Below, piece after piece: positions 30,516 to 40,832 of a stretch of DNA of 60,342 nucleotides (its first letter is position 1; every line of letters begins with the position of its first letter). The notes below the pieces were generated by a model, which was not told the DNA's origin, did no database searches, and saw only the letters and a list, made by a program, of their open reading frames with translations. Source of the stretch: a virus (taxonomy: Duplodnaviria > Caudoviricetes); the IMG/VR virus record IMGVR_UViG_3300008262_000063, positions 1 through 60,342 of that record, one strand, 5' to 3'. Both the position numbers and the translations under genes were made by a program.

Positions 30516-33500
30516 ATGTCAAATACATATAGAATAAGAACCCAAGTTGGGGTTGATAAATCCATTAAATTACTATTAGATCAGGATTTTGAACAGTTAG
30601 AGATACTTTCTCTTAAAATATTATCAAGTCAAGTTTATAATAGACAATGTTCCGATTATGGTGTTATCATTGGTAGAATATCTGCAAATAATGGATTAGG
30701 TTTACCAAATTGTAAGGTATCTCTATTTATTCCACTTTCAAGTGAAGATGAAGAAAATCCTGTAATATCAACTTTATATCCGTATAAATCACTATCTGAT
30801 GTCAACGAGGATGGGTATAGATATAATTTATTACCATACACAAAATCATATAGTGCTCACGTCCCTACAGGTAGTTTTCCTGATAGAGAAGATGCTTTGA
30901 TTGACACCAATGTGATTGAAGTTTATGATAAGTATTATAAGTTCACAACACAAACGAATGACAGTGGTGACTATATGATATTTGGTGTCCCACTTGGTTC
31001 ACAAACGATTCATGTTGACATTGACTTATCAGACATCGGTGAATTCTCATTATCACCACAGGACTTAATTAGAGCTGGTGTTGCGACAGAATCTCAGGTT
31101 GCAGGTGCTTCATTTAAATCATCAAGTAATTTAAATAGTTTACCTCAGATTATATCATTTAACAGAACAATAAATGTTGATCCTTTTTGGGGAGAAACTG
31201 ATGTTTGTAGTATTGGTATAACAAGAACTGACTTCGATATCACTGCGGAATCAAATGTGAATATCACACCAACTGCGATATTCATGGGTTCTATTATTTC
31301 ATCAGGGGATGATCAATCTCAAAAAAGTAATTGTAAAATAAAACCAAAACAAGGTGATTTATGTGGATTAGTTGCTGGACCTGGTGAAATTTTAGCAATT
31401 AGACAAACAATACAACAAGATAATCAAGGTAGACCAATACTTGAAGTTTTTGAATTGGACTCAGGAGGACAAGTTATTGATGATAATGGTACATGGTTAA
31501 TTGATGTACCAATGAATTTGGATTATGTCTTCACTAATGAATTTGGTGAAAGAGTTATATCTAACGATCCAAGTGTTGGTATCCCGACAAGAGGAAAATA
31601 TAGATTTAAAATTAAATGGAATCAATCACCTAAGTTATCTGATCCAATTAAAAGAGCGTATTTCTTAGTTCCAAATATTAGAGAATATGGTTGGACATCA
31701 GGTGGAAATGATCCGGGAGTGTCAAATCCAAATGTTTATAAATCATACGCTTTTAGTTTAGATTGGGATGAATATGTTGATCCTCAAGCCGCTATAGATT
31801 GTGAGGATTATTTTTATTTAATGTCATTTAATAAAGTTTATACTGTAACACAATTAATAGACCAATATAGAAGGGGTTATTTACCTAATAGAACAATTTC
31901 AATAAGAAATATCTTGGACGATGCTTGTGAAAGTGAAAACGTTAAGTTCCCTACTAATGATGCTTTTTATAGATTTGATTCACAATATTTGTTATTTATT
32001 ATTTTGTTATATATCGCTAGACCAATATTATATATATTATTAATAGTTTCACATCTATTGGCGGGATTATTATATGTTTTAACATTTGGTAGTTCACTTT
32101 GGAGAAAAATTGCAAACTTAAGATTACCAAATTTATCTTATCCTGATTGTGATTTGTGTAACTGTAAAGAAGGGGGTGACGCAACAGGTCCGGGTCCTTC
32201 AGCGGCACAAACAGCAATTGACGAGGCATTAACTCAACAAGGATATTTAACACCACTATGGTCTTTCAGTCAATATACACGACCAGCAGGACTTTGGCAA
32301 GATAGACATGGTGAACAGAACCCCAATCCCGCTAGTTTTACATATCCTTATGATCAAATCAGTCAACTAAACGGTGTTTGGTGTGGACAATATAGTCCTT
32401 TTTGTGATCCACAGACTAATTTCTTAGACGAACCCAATTATTTAACATTTTCTGAACAACTTTTATTAACAGGAAAACCATACGATCCCGGATTACCATC
32501 GCCAGGTACATTTGCACCTCAAATGCAAGATTTATTAAACGGTAGAAAGATATTTACAACAAGTATCCCAATTTTCGAGAGATTAAATCTTTTTAATTTA
32601 AAATCAGCATACTATGATGGTAATAGGACTACTGAATGGGATTATTATGTTACTGGTCAGGATGGGGATTGGTTTCCTCAAAATCAAGATGTAAGAAATT
32701 CAACCAATCCTTGGGGTGGTGGAAATAGAATTAGAGTGTCATTCAGACCAACATTAAATGGTTATCCTGATTGGCGTGACGATCCTTTTTCATTCACCGA
32801 CAAATGGATTGTGTTTGGCACTGAAGCACCATATCATTTTGATAATGTATTAGTTTTGATGGTAAAACCTGAAAAATTAGGTGAATTTACATCAGGTAAA
32901 CTAGTAACATTCCAAAATCCTGAATTATCAAGTGATAGAAATCTAACAGGAAATACGACAAATCAATTTGGTAATACTGCCACTACAGGACAAACTATTA
33001 ACACTGGACCTACGAGTATTGATGTTAATTGGGCTAAATTTGATGGGACGGGAGATAATGTAACAACCTATCTAATTAATGATGGGGTTGATGAAGTAGA
33101 ATATAATAAATATCCAATGGATATTGAATATTTTCAAGTTATTACTGCAGACACTATTGCTAATTTTTATAGTTTTCTTTATGGACAACCAGGAAATCCT
33201 GAAAATTATCAATTTGATTATTCATTTCCTTTTTCTGGTAAACATTACCCCAACTATCCTGGTACATTACATCACGCATTGTTTACCCGTACTAATATTG
33301 TTACAATGAGAGTTGATGATAACGATTTTGTTCAAAATCAATATCGAGGTCAATCTAATACTAATAGATTTTATCAAACAGGTACATATCGTGTTAGTCC
33401 TGCACAATCATTTAATAATTTTGAAAATCAAGTTCTTGTATTCTTAGTAAGAGGAGTTGACCCGTATTCCAAGAGAGGTGAAGTTGAGTATGATTTATCA

Positions 33501-36038
33501 GGTGTTATTAATCCATTCTCTTCGCCTATATGGGCTAGAACTCCAGTTCCCCCAACAAACTTGGGAATAAATAACTGGAATAGATTTGATTTTAGTTCAA
33601 ATTGTAATCCTTATTATAATCCTGGATGTATCGATCCCTTACAATCCCCCCTTCCAAGATTTGTAGTTAGAGGTGATAATTTTAAACTAAACATACCAAT
33701 TAATGGAGGTATTAAAAATACTAGACACAATAATAATGTCGATGGGTTTGATTCTGATAGTGGACAATATTTGTATTATCCATCATATCGTTATAAACCA
33801 AATACTGTAGGTACATCTAGTTTTATTGAATTTAATTCAGGATTACCTAAATATTATTCACAATTAGATAAAACAACATTTTATTCTTATTTGGATAATG
33901 CTAGAGATGTTAGTGATGTTACAAATAATAGTAACACAAACCCTACAACACAAGACAATCCAGTATATTTAAAACTGAATAGAGATTATCAGTCAAACAA
34001 CAGAGGTTACCCCCCACGATATACTGAACAATTAAGAAACGCATTTCAAGTTGAATTCAGAAGAATACGTGATCTTCAAGAAGAAAGATATCCTATTTTA
34101 AATGGGGATCAAGATCGTATAGGGCTTGATAGACATAAAAGTCCAAACATATATTATCGTTCATATTGGCCGAATCAAATTGTTGAAGGTGGTACATTTA
34201 TGAATCAAGTATTATGTTTAAATGGTGGGGCTGGACAATGTAGTTTAGGTCCTGATTTAGATCCTAACGATAATAGACCAAAAGGGGTGTCTTATTATTA
34301 CGCCCCATCTTACTTATTATATAATTTATCATATTCATATACCACTACAATGGCGTCTGAGGGTAGAATCGTAATGAGATCGGATAGGTTACCTATCTCA
34401 ACATCATATATTCAAGATTTACAGAATGTTTTCCCATTATTTTCTAACCCATTATTTACGGTATATACCATAAATGAAGATGATGATGGAAGTGGAGGAA
34501 CTGGAGGTTTATTTGGATCTAGTACATCATCACCTCTTAACACACCAAACTTTGGTGATATAGCACAGAATGCTGAGGATAATCCGGAAGGAGTACCAAT
34601 ATTAAATACATTTTCATGCGAATCATTAGTACCATTAGGTTGTTATACTCCAGATGGTAATGAAATTACTGTTTTAGAAAGACCCAATGTTTGTTATGAA
34701 AATGGTGTAAATAACGCACTTATCATCGATAATGGTTGTTATGTACTTATAACAGCACCATTTGCCTCAATAATTAAAGATTTTTCATTATTAAACGAAT
34801 GGACAAATAGGATACAAATTAACTATGCTGCTTGTAGAAATATATGGTCGCATATGTTTACGAATAATTGGATTAATGGTACATTATATGCCTTCTCCTT
34901 CAAAAACGATACATTTTTCGACATTAATAACAACCCTGTACGTAATTATTGTAAAGATACTGTAATACTACATCCGACTAATAACTATTATTATAGAAGT
35001 AGCCCATACATCTCAGGATCAACAACACAATCGGGAACATTTATTGGGGCTAATAGAAGAGCACCTACAGTTGGGACATATAAAGGTAATGAAAGAAATC
35101 TTAAATTCCCAACAACTATTGTTGATTTAGGACCTAGAAATGACTTCACACAAGAATTAGTACTTACTAATGAATATGATGGATATATAATGAACAGATT
35201 ATCCGATACAACATATAAAGATGTATCTGAAATTCTTAATATCCTAATTGTAAGTAGATTAATTAATAACAGCTTTATTCAAAATTTATTAGGTACTGGA
35301 GGAGCAAATGTTAAGAGTTATTTCAATGGTAGAGATGAGTATAAAAACTTTGTTGATGGTGATTATGCTCAAATGATTTCAATAAATTCAGAATTGGGTG
35401 TTGTTGAATTTGATGCTGATAATTATCCACCAATTGGTGGACCAAATGATCAGGATCCAATTTATTTTGTAAGTACTCGAAGTGATGATCCTGTATTTGG
35501 TATATTCTTTTCATCTGATTCACAAACTAGAGACTATCTTTCACCAAAGAGAACAATTATTAATCCGCTAGCATCTCCGAATAGTAGCTGTGCTTTTAGT
35601 AATTTCTTTGTTTATTCACAAGAAGTGCCATTTTACCAGTGGCAAATAAATAACAATGAGAATTCAGCCGGATCACCATACAATAACATATTTGGTTCAC
35701 AGAGTAACACATGGTTCACCACACCGATTTCAACATCGTTCTTTAAAAGAAGATATCAATCATTGGATAGGTTAGATACAAACTCAAGATATTTCAGAAG
35801 TAATAGTTCGTTCTCAAGAGATTCTAAAGGATATATTTATTCGTATGACAGTAATCCATTATCACCAAATTACAATCAATACGACGCATCGCGACCATCT
35901 TGGAATACAAATAGTCCCCAATCGAATGCGGTTACAGTTGGTGCCCCATATTATTTTTATTTTGGGTTGAAAAATGGTAAAACCGCATGGGATAGATTTA
36001 TTAAGAAATGGATAAACTTTGAAAACATAACAGAATAA
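30516..36038 (+). CDS. Large virion structural protein (1840 aa) with N-terminal prealbumin/carboxypeptidase-regulatory-like domain and an internal hydrophobic segment
   Basis: 'GRISANNGLGLPNCKVS...TNDSGDYMIFGVPLG'; hydrophobic stretch YLLFIILL...VLTFG; baseplate context. Confidence 0.6.
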   Translation: MSNTYRIRTQVGVDKSIKLLLDQDFEQLEILSLKILSSQVYNRQCSDYGVIIGRISANNGLGLPNCKVSLFIPLSSEDEENPVISTLYPYKSLSDVNEDGYRYNLLPYTKSYSAHVPTGSFPDREDALIDTNVIEVYDKYYKFTTQTNDSGDYMIFGVPLGSQTIHVDIDLSDIGEFSLSPQDLIRAGVATESQVAGASFKSSSNLNSLPQIISFNRTINVDPFWGETDVCSIGITRTDFDITAESNVNITPTAIFMGSIISSGDDQSQKSNCKIKPKQGDLCGLVAGPGEILAIRQTIQQDNQGRPILEVFELDSGGQVIDDNGTWLIDVPMNLDYVFTNEFGERVISNDPSVGIPTRGKYRFKIKWNQSPKLSDPIKRAYFLVPNIREYGWTSGGNDPGVSNPNVYKSYAFSLDWDEYVDPQAAIDCEDYFYLMSFNKVYTVTQLIDQYRRGYLPNRTISIRNILDDACESENVKFPTNDAFYRFDSQYLLFIILLYIARPILYILLIVSHLLAGLLYVLTFGSSLWRKIANLRLPNLSYPDCDLCNCKEGGDATGPGPSAAQTAIDEALTQQGYLTPLWSFSQYTRPAGLWQDRHGEQNPNPASFTYPYDQISQLNGVWCGQYSPFCDPQTNFLDEPNYLTFSEQLLLTGKPYDPGLPSPGTFAPQMQDLLNGRKIFTTSIPIFERLNLFNLKSAYYDGNRTTEWDYYVTGQDGDWFPQNQDVRNSTNPWGGGNRIRVSFRPTLNGYPDWRDDPFSFTDKWIVFGTEAPYHFDNVLVLMVKPEKLGEFTSGKLVTFQNPELSSDRNLTGNTTNQFGNTATTGQTINTGPTSIDVNWAKFDGTGDNVTTYLINDGVDEVEYNKYPMDIEYFQVITADTIANFYSFLYGQPGNPENYQFDYSFPFSGKHYPNYPGTLHHALFTRTNIVTMRVDDNDFVQNQYRGQSNTNRFYQTGTYRVSPAQSFNNFENQVLVFLVRGVDPYSKRGEVEYDLSGVINPFSSPIWARTPVPPTNLGINNWNRFDFSSNCNPYYNPGCIDPLQSPLPRFVVRGDNFKLNIPINGGIKNTRHNNNVDGFDSDSGQYLYYPSYRYKPNTVGTSSFIEFNSGLPKYYSQLDKTTFYSYLDNARDVSDVTNNSNTNPTTQDNPVYLKLNRDYQSNNRGYPPRYTEQLRNAFQVEFRRIRDLQEERYPILNGDQDRIGLDRHKSPNIYYRSYWPNQIVEGGTFMNQVLCLNGGAGQCSLGPDLDPNDNRPKGVSYYYAPSYLLYNLSYSYTTTMASEGRIVMRSDRLPISTSYIQDLQNVFPLFSNPLFTVYTINEDDDGSGGTGGLFGSSTSSPLNTPNFGDIAQNAEDNPEGVPILNTFSCESLVPLGCYTPDGNEITVLERPNVCYENGVNNALIIDNGCYVLITAPFASIIKDFSLLNEWTNRIQINYAACRNIWSHMFTNNWINGTLYAFSFKNDTFFDINNNPVRNYCKDTVILHPTNNYYYRSSPYISGSTTQSGTFIGANRRAPTVGTYKGNERNLKFPTTIVDLGPRNDFTQELVLTNEYDGYIMNRLSDTTYKDVSEILNILIVSRLINNSFIQNLLGTGGANVKSYFNGRDEYKNFVDGDYAQMISINSELGVVEFDADNYPPIGGPNDQDPIYFVSTRSDDPVFGIFFSSDSQTRDYLSPKRTIINPLASPNSSCAFSNFFVYSQEVPFYQWQINNNENSAGSPYNNIFGSQSNTWFTTPISTSFFKRRYQSLDRLDTNSRYFRSNSSFSRDSKGYIYSYDSNPLSPNYNQYDASRPSWNTNSPQSNAVTVGAPYYFYFGLKNGKTAWDRFIKKWINFENITE

Positions 36039-37877
36039 ATGGGTAATAGAAATGATACAAGAATAGTTTTAGGTTCGTTTAGATATAAAGGATCACCTAA
36101 TACCGATTTATCAATTCCACTTGATTTGGAGGAAACTCAAAAACAAATGGTTGAATATGAAAGAACCGCCAACGTAAATTTGGAAGAAACTTTTTTACAA
36201 GAAAGGGAAAGTTCTAACAAATTCAGACCGGCTTGTAAGTTCTCAATAATATTTAAAAACGCTTATACTGGCTCGACTATTGGAAATCCACCATACCCGC
36301 CTTTTGAACAGAATTTGTATTATGTTAACGCTTTGGAAACAGTTATTCAAAGATGTGACCCAAACTCAAATTTCCCATGGGGTGGATTTCCATTGTATAA
36401 TGAATTTGATTTTATTCGATATGATAATAATGTATCAGGATATACGGCATCATCGGGTTCAACACCTGCTCATGTAAACTTCGCAACTAAAAGTGCATCA
36501 AGTTATAATTGGAACTTTTTCATCAGTTATGCTTATGAGAATGATTATAATAAACAATTACGAGCAACATTCAAAGTACCGAATGAGCCAAATCCTACAT
36601 TCCCAACGGTAAATTGGGGAGTTAGTGATGGTATTCCATTCGTTATTAAACAATCAACATATAATGGAAGAAATATAATTGGATTTAGATGTCCTATTAA
36701 ACACGGGATGAGTGTTGGAGATTTCTTTAAAGTTAGTTCCAATTTCAGATACACTGGAACTAGTGTTAATGATGTTTATCAAGTATATTCATTGGGTGAT
36801 AACATATTTGGTAGTGAAGAATATGTGTTTAATATCATTAATGTAGGATATACTGGTACAACATTTAATGATGGAGGGCAAGGTACTGCTCGAAGAGTTA
36901 TATCAAGAGATAATGTTGATGATACTATCTCAAAATATTATATAAGAAAAAATAAAATATTAACAAATATTGATGATGTTATTGTTACTAAAACAGGATT
37001 CGAACAGACAGCATTTAGAAATGTTAAAAAATTTGAACCAGCAAATTTAACCCCTAATTTAACATCAAGAATATCAGTTAAAGAAGGATCTCAAGCTTAT
37101 TCAGTTACAGTAAATAACATTGTAGATATTAATAATTTGTTGGATAATCAAAAGAGACCTGTTTCTGAATTATTTTTTACCGTTATGTGGAAAGGGTATT
37201 TTGGATGGACATTTGGAGTTAATAATTCTCAGACTGGAAATTATTACCCTATGAAACAAGGATGGGACTTTAATATACCATCATCAGGAACAACAACAGT
37301 TCCTAATCCTTGGTGGGATAATAACAATTCATTATCGAATACCAATTTCACATTTTCAGACTATCAAAAAACGATAAATGGTAATGACTATAATTTCACC
37401 TATTTGAATACATTACAAAAAGATGATGTATTGGATGGTGATTTATGTGAGTGGAATGATTTTGAACAAACTGAAAGAGTAATTTCTCGTGTTTACCATA
37501 AAATAAAATTTAACCCAAATTTATTTAATATAAATCAATCAAACGATACTACAGCCTCCAACCAAAGAGGATATTATTATAATCCATTACACTCAATGAC
37601 AATTAGAGTTTTTTCGGATTATATAGAGGAAGGTGATAAAAAATTGGTTGAAAATATTCCGAACTACGCATATTTCACATCAACAAATGATAAATTCATT
37701 TGGAGAGATTTATACCCTTATGGGTATGTTGACAGTACTGGATTGGGTGTTGATTATCCATTTTTAAACGGTGTTCACTATCCTCATGAAAATTTTATTT
37801 TTAGAATTATTCCTGAAGGAACTAATTATATTGAACAAACCATAACCAGACAACCAATAAGTGACCCTTGTGAATAA
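36039..37877 (+). CDS. Hypothetical structural protein (612 aa)
   Basis: Abuts the previous stop; N/T/Y/F-rich beta-type composition; structural operon context. Confidence 0.6.
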   Translation: MGNRNDTRIVLGSFRYKGSPNTDLSIPLDLEETQKQMVEYERTANVNLEETFLQERESSNKFRPACKFSIIFKNAYTGSTIGNPPYPPFEQNLYYVNALETVIQRCDPNSNFPWGGFPLYNEFDFIRYDNNVSGYTASSGSTPAHVNFATKSASSYNWNFFISYAYENDYNKQLRATFKVPNEPNPTFPTVNWGVSDGIPFVIKQSTYNGRNIIGFRCPIKHGMSVGDFFKVSSNFRYTGTSVNDVYQVYSLGDNIFGSEEYVFNIINVGYTGTTFNDGGQGTARRVISRDNVDDTISKYYIRKNKILTNIDDVIVTKTGFEQTAFRNVKKFEPANLTPNLTSRISVKEGSQAYSVTVNNIVDINNLLDNQKRPVSELFFTVMWKGYFGWTFGVNNSQTGNYYPMKQGWDFNIPSSGTTTVPNPWWDNNNSLSNTNFTFSDYQKTINGNDYNFTYLNTLQKDDVLDGDLCEWNDFEQTERVISRVYHKIKFNPNLFNINQSNDTTASNQRGYYYNPLHSMTIRVFSDYIEEGDKKLVENIPNYAYFTSTNDKFIWRDLYPYGYVDSTGLGVDYPFLNGVHYPHENFIFRIIPEGTNYIEQTITRQPISDPCE

Positions 37878-38694
37878 ATTTTATTTAAAACTTTCAGATG
37901 TAAACCAAGGACTTCAATTACCCGTTGAAGTTAATTGGGATTTCCTTGGTAAACAAGATAGTATTGAAGATTACGAATCTACAGTAATTGATGAAATTAT
38001 TGGTACTGCGACGGATTTTGAAGTATCAAGGTTTTATCATGATGAATACAATCCACCAAATGATAATAGAACAAGTGTTCATTATGATTTCAGGTTCTAT
38101 TCAAGTGGGGTTACATCTGTAAGTTCAACAACTGTTGCAAGTACTAACTTATGGGTTAACAGTTATTTGGCGGAAGGATTCTCATCAACAGAGGTTTACT
38201 ACTTCAGTCGACCTTTTAGAAATTCCTTCTTCAAGTTGGACTTCTATGATAGTAATGATGTTAAAAGTCAAACAAATTATTTTACGGTTATTATTCCAAC
38301 CCAACAAGGATTAACTCAAAGTGCGTCAACATCTAGTGTATTAAGTAATGTTAATATAAAAAAACCATATTTCATCTTGGATTTCATTGGAGATCAGGAG
38401 GGATTCTTTTTTTATTGGTTAACCGATTTTGATTATTTACAGATTGACACATTTTATATGTCAGCAAAATTCTTTGATGCTAAATTGGGAGTCTTTATTA
38501 AAATGATGAATACACCTCAAGCATTATTACCAAACAAATTTATTTTTGATGGTGGTAAATATTTCTTTCATAAAGTTGAGTTAAATTATAGTAATAAAAC
38601 ATACAAAATATTTGATGGTGAGTCACCAAATACAAGAATTGGAACAAGTATTAATCCAATGATATGGTATGAATATGTAAATCCGCCTGAATAA
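37861..38694 (+). CDS. Hypothetical structural protein (277 aa; GTG start at 37861 or 37870)
   Basis: Overlaps the upstream stop; 'FRNSFFKLDFYDS...AKFFDAK'. Confidence 0.6.
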   Translation: MTLVNKFYLKLSDVNQGLQLPVEVNWDFLGKQDSIEDYESTVIDEIIGTATDFEVSRFYHDEYNPPNDNRTSVHYDFRFYSSGVTSVSSTTVASTNLWVNSYLAEGFSSTEVYYFSRPFRNSFFKLDFYDSNDVKSQTNYFTVIIPTQQGLTQSASTSSVLSNVNIKKPYFILDFIGDQEGFFFYWLTDFDYLQIDTFYMSAKFFDAKLGVFIKMMNTPQALLPNKFIFDGGKYFFHKVELNYSNKTYKIFDGESPNTRIGTSINPMIWYEYVNPPE

Positions 38695-38695
38695 A

Positions 38696-39871
38696 ATGAG
38701 AACATTAAACAGACATATTAGAATTTCACCTGAAGTTATAAGTAGTGACTTATTCTTGGTTAGATTTAATGCTGGTGGGCAAGTAATTCCATCAGAAATC
38801 GATCCATGCTGTGAAATCACAACAACAACCACAACAAGTAATTTAACAGGGTTGACTTATGTTTATTCATCAATGACACAACTATTGTCAGGTGGGACAA
38901 ATGGAACATCATTATTAACTGGTTTAACAATCCCAATTTTATTAACTGAAACGGCAACTGATATTGGTTACTATTCTGTTTTTGATGGAATGATATTACA
39001 ACAAGATGTAATGAATAATTTCATATTTACAGGGGATTCTGTATTTCCATATTATACAGTTATATTGTATAATACCTCAGAGAATGAGTTGAAAAAATAC
39101 TTAAGTTTCTCAAGTTATGAAATTTCTTGGGGAGATGGACAAACAGAACCAATCTCACCATATACTCCTTTACCAATATCACACACATATGGAAGTGACG
39201 GAGAATACATAATATCAGTAAAAGGAATGAGTCCTTGGGGATTTAATACAATTAAAAAAACTGTGTACATCCCAATTACAGGAGCAACTACCGATAATCC
39301 GAATGGTACTGCTTATTTCACACCATTGGGTGGTAGTTGGTCAGGAACGCCAATTATGTATGATTATATATTCAGCGGAGATGCAAGTTGTGATGCGACA
39401 ATTGATGGATTTGATGATTTCTTATCAGGAAGTCCTTTGGTTATTAGTGGATACACAAAATCATCATTGAGTGACTTACAAGTTTATGGGCCTAAAAATA
39501 CTTTAGTAGGTGGTAAATATAGAGTTGGACCCGTTACAGGTTCAAGTGGGGCTGTTGGAGTATTCTATGGAACTCCATCAAACTCTGATTATACCGCCTA
39601 TACAATAAATAATATTGATTATTATGATTACCCTGATGATATAACAATTTTCATTGTCAGTGGGGTATCTTCGGTTGATTATGTGTGTTCGGCAATAACT
39701 AAAAATGAAGTGTTATTGAATGTAATTTTTGAGCCTGAAGTACAATCAAATGTGTTTATCGAAAGGGGTAAAAATTCTGGACTTGAGAGATTGATTAGAT
39801 TAGGGGAGGTTGATAATATAGGTGACTTAGAAAAGTATGGGTATGGATTTTTCAATATAATAAATACGTAA
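38696..39871 (+). CDS. Structural protein with PKD-like domain and poly-Thr linker
   Basis: 'ISWGDG...ISHTYGSDGEYIISVKG' PKD motif; 'PCCEITTTTTTS'. Confidence 0.65.
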   Translation: MRTLNRHIRISPEVISSDLFLVRFNAGGQVIPSEIDPCCEITTTTTTSNLTGLTYVYSSMTQLLSGGTNGTSLLTGLTIPILLTETATDIGYYSVFDGMILQQDVMNNFIFTGDSVFPYYTVILYNTSENELKKYLSFSSYEISWGDGQTEPISPYTPLPISHTYGSDGEYIISVKGMSPWGFNTIKKTVYIPITGATTDNPNGTAYFTPLGGSWSGTPIMYDYIFSGDASCDATIDGFDDFLSGSPLVISGYTKSSLSDLQVYGPKNTLVGGKYRVGPVTGSSGAVGVFYGTPSNSDYTAYTINNIDYYDYPDDITIFIVSGVSSVDYVCSAITKNEVLLNVIFEPEVQSNVFIERGKNSGLERLIRLGEVDNIGDLEKYGYGFFNIINT

Positions 39872-39923
39872 CTTCAATATTTATAAGAAGTAAGAAATAT
39901 AAACAGATTAAAATTTTAATTAA

Positions 39924-40832
39924 ATGGCGGTAGGTAGCTATGGTACGATTAGACCAGCAGACGTTTCACCTGAAGATGTAGAAATAATATTAAATTATAC
40001 TCCTTCGAGAGATGATACAAATAACTTTGTATTAACCAAATTGGATGCTCAATCAATATTGAGACCTTATTTTAATAACGATCAAACAGGGGGTAATGCA
40101 AATATAGAAATTTTAGGTGGACTTTATAACTTAAAATTACCTGCCGAACAGTTTAACAGAATTGGTATATATACCCTTTATATTAGACCTGTACAAATTA
40201 GAACAACATTATTGGATTGTGGTGTTTTATCGGCACTTCCTAATGTTAGAGGTATAATTATCGACTTAAATGCGGTACCTGTACAATATAGAAATAAATT
40301 TGTTAATCAAGGTTTAGTTGGGTTTAGAATTGAATACTTGAATAGTGATGGAAGTAAAATCCCTAACTTTTTTAGAATAATAACTTCTTCATTTTTCTGT
40401 GAACCAGTAATTCAAAATCTTACAAATACATCACAAAAAGCTATTAGATACCGATATACTGATAGTAGTAGTAATTTAATATTCTGTACATTATCGCCAT
40501 CATCGGCACCAACGAATAAACCGAATGCTATCCCATTTATTGGACAACCAAATCAAAGTGTGATAATTAGTCATACATTCTTCAATCCTTTAAGTTTGGA
40601 CATTGAAATTGCGGAACATGACTTCTCAACATTGGCGATTGCTCTATTTGGTAATCAGACTAAATCAATTGATGACGGTATCTACACCTTATACGATTCT
40701 GATAACAACATTTACAGACAATACAACTTATATGAAATTAGAGATCAGTTTAATGAGTTGTTGTATGAGGTTAGACAGGATAGAGGGGATAATATTGATT
40801 TCAGTAAAAACTTCACAAATATAACTCAATAA
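39924..40832 (+). CDS. Hypothetical structural protein (302 aa)
   Basis: Preceded by TATTTATA (39878-39885); TAATG-coupled to the next gene. Confidence 0.65.
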   Translation: MAVGSYGTIRPADVSPEDVEIILNYTPSRDDTNNFVLTKLDAQSILRPYFNNDQTGGNANIEILGGLYNLKLPAEQFNRIGIYTLYIRPVQIRTTLLDCGVLSALPNVRGIIIDLNAVPVQYRNKFVNQGLVGFRIEYLNSDGSKIPNFFRIITSSFFCEPVIQNLTNTSQKAIRYRYTDSSSNLIFCTLSPSSAPTNKPNAIPFIGQPNQSVIISHTFFNPLSLDIEIAEHDFSTLAIALFGNQTKSIDDGIYTLYDSDNNIYRQYNLYEIRDQFNELLYEVRQDRGDNIDFSKNFTNITQ

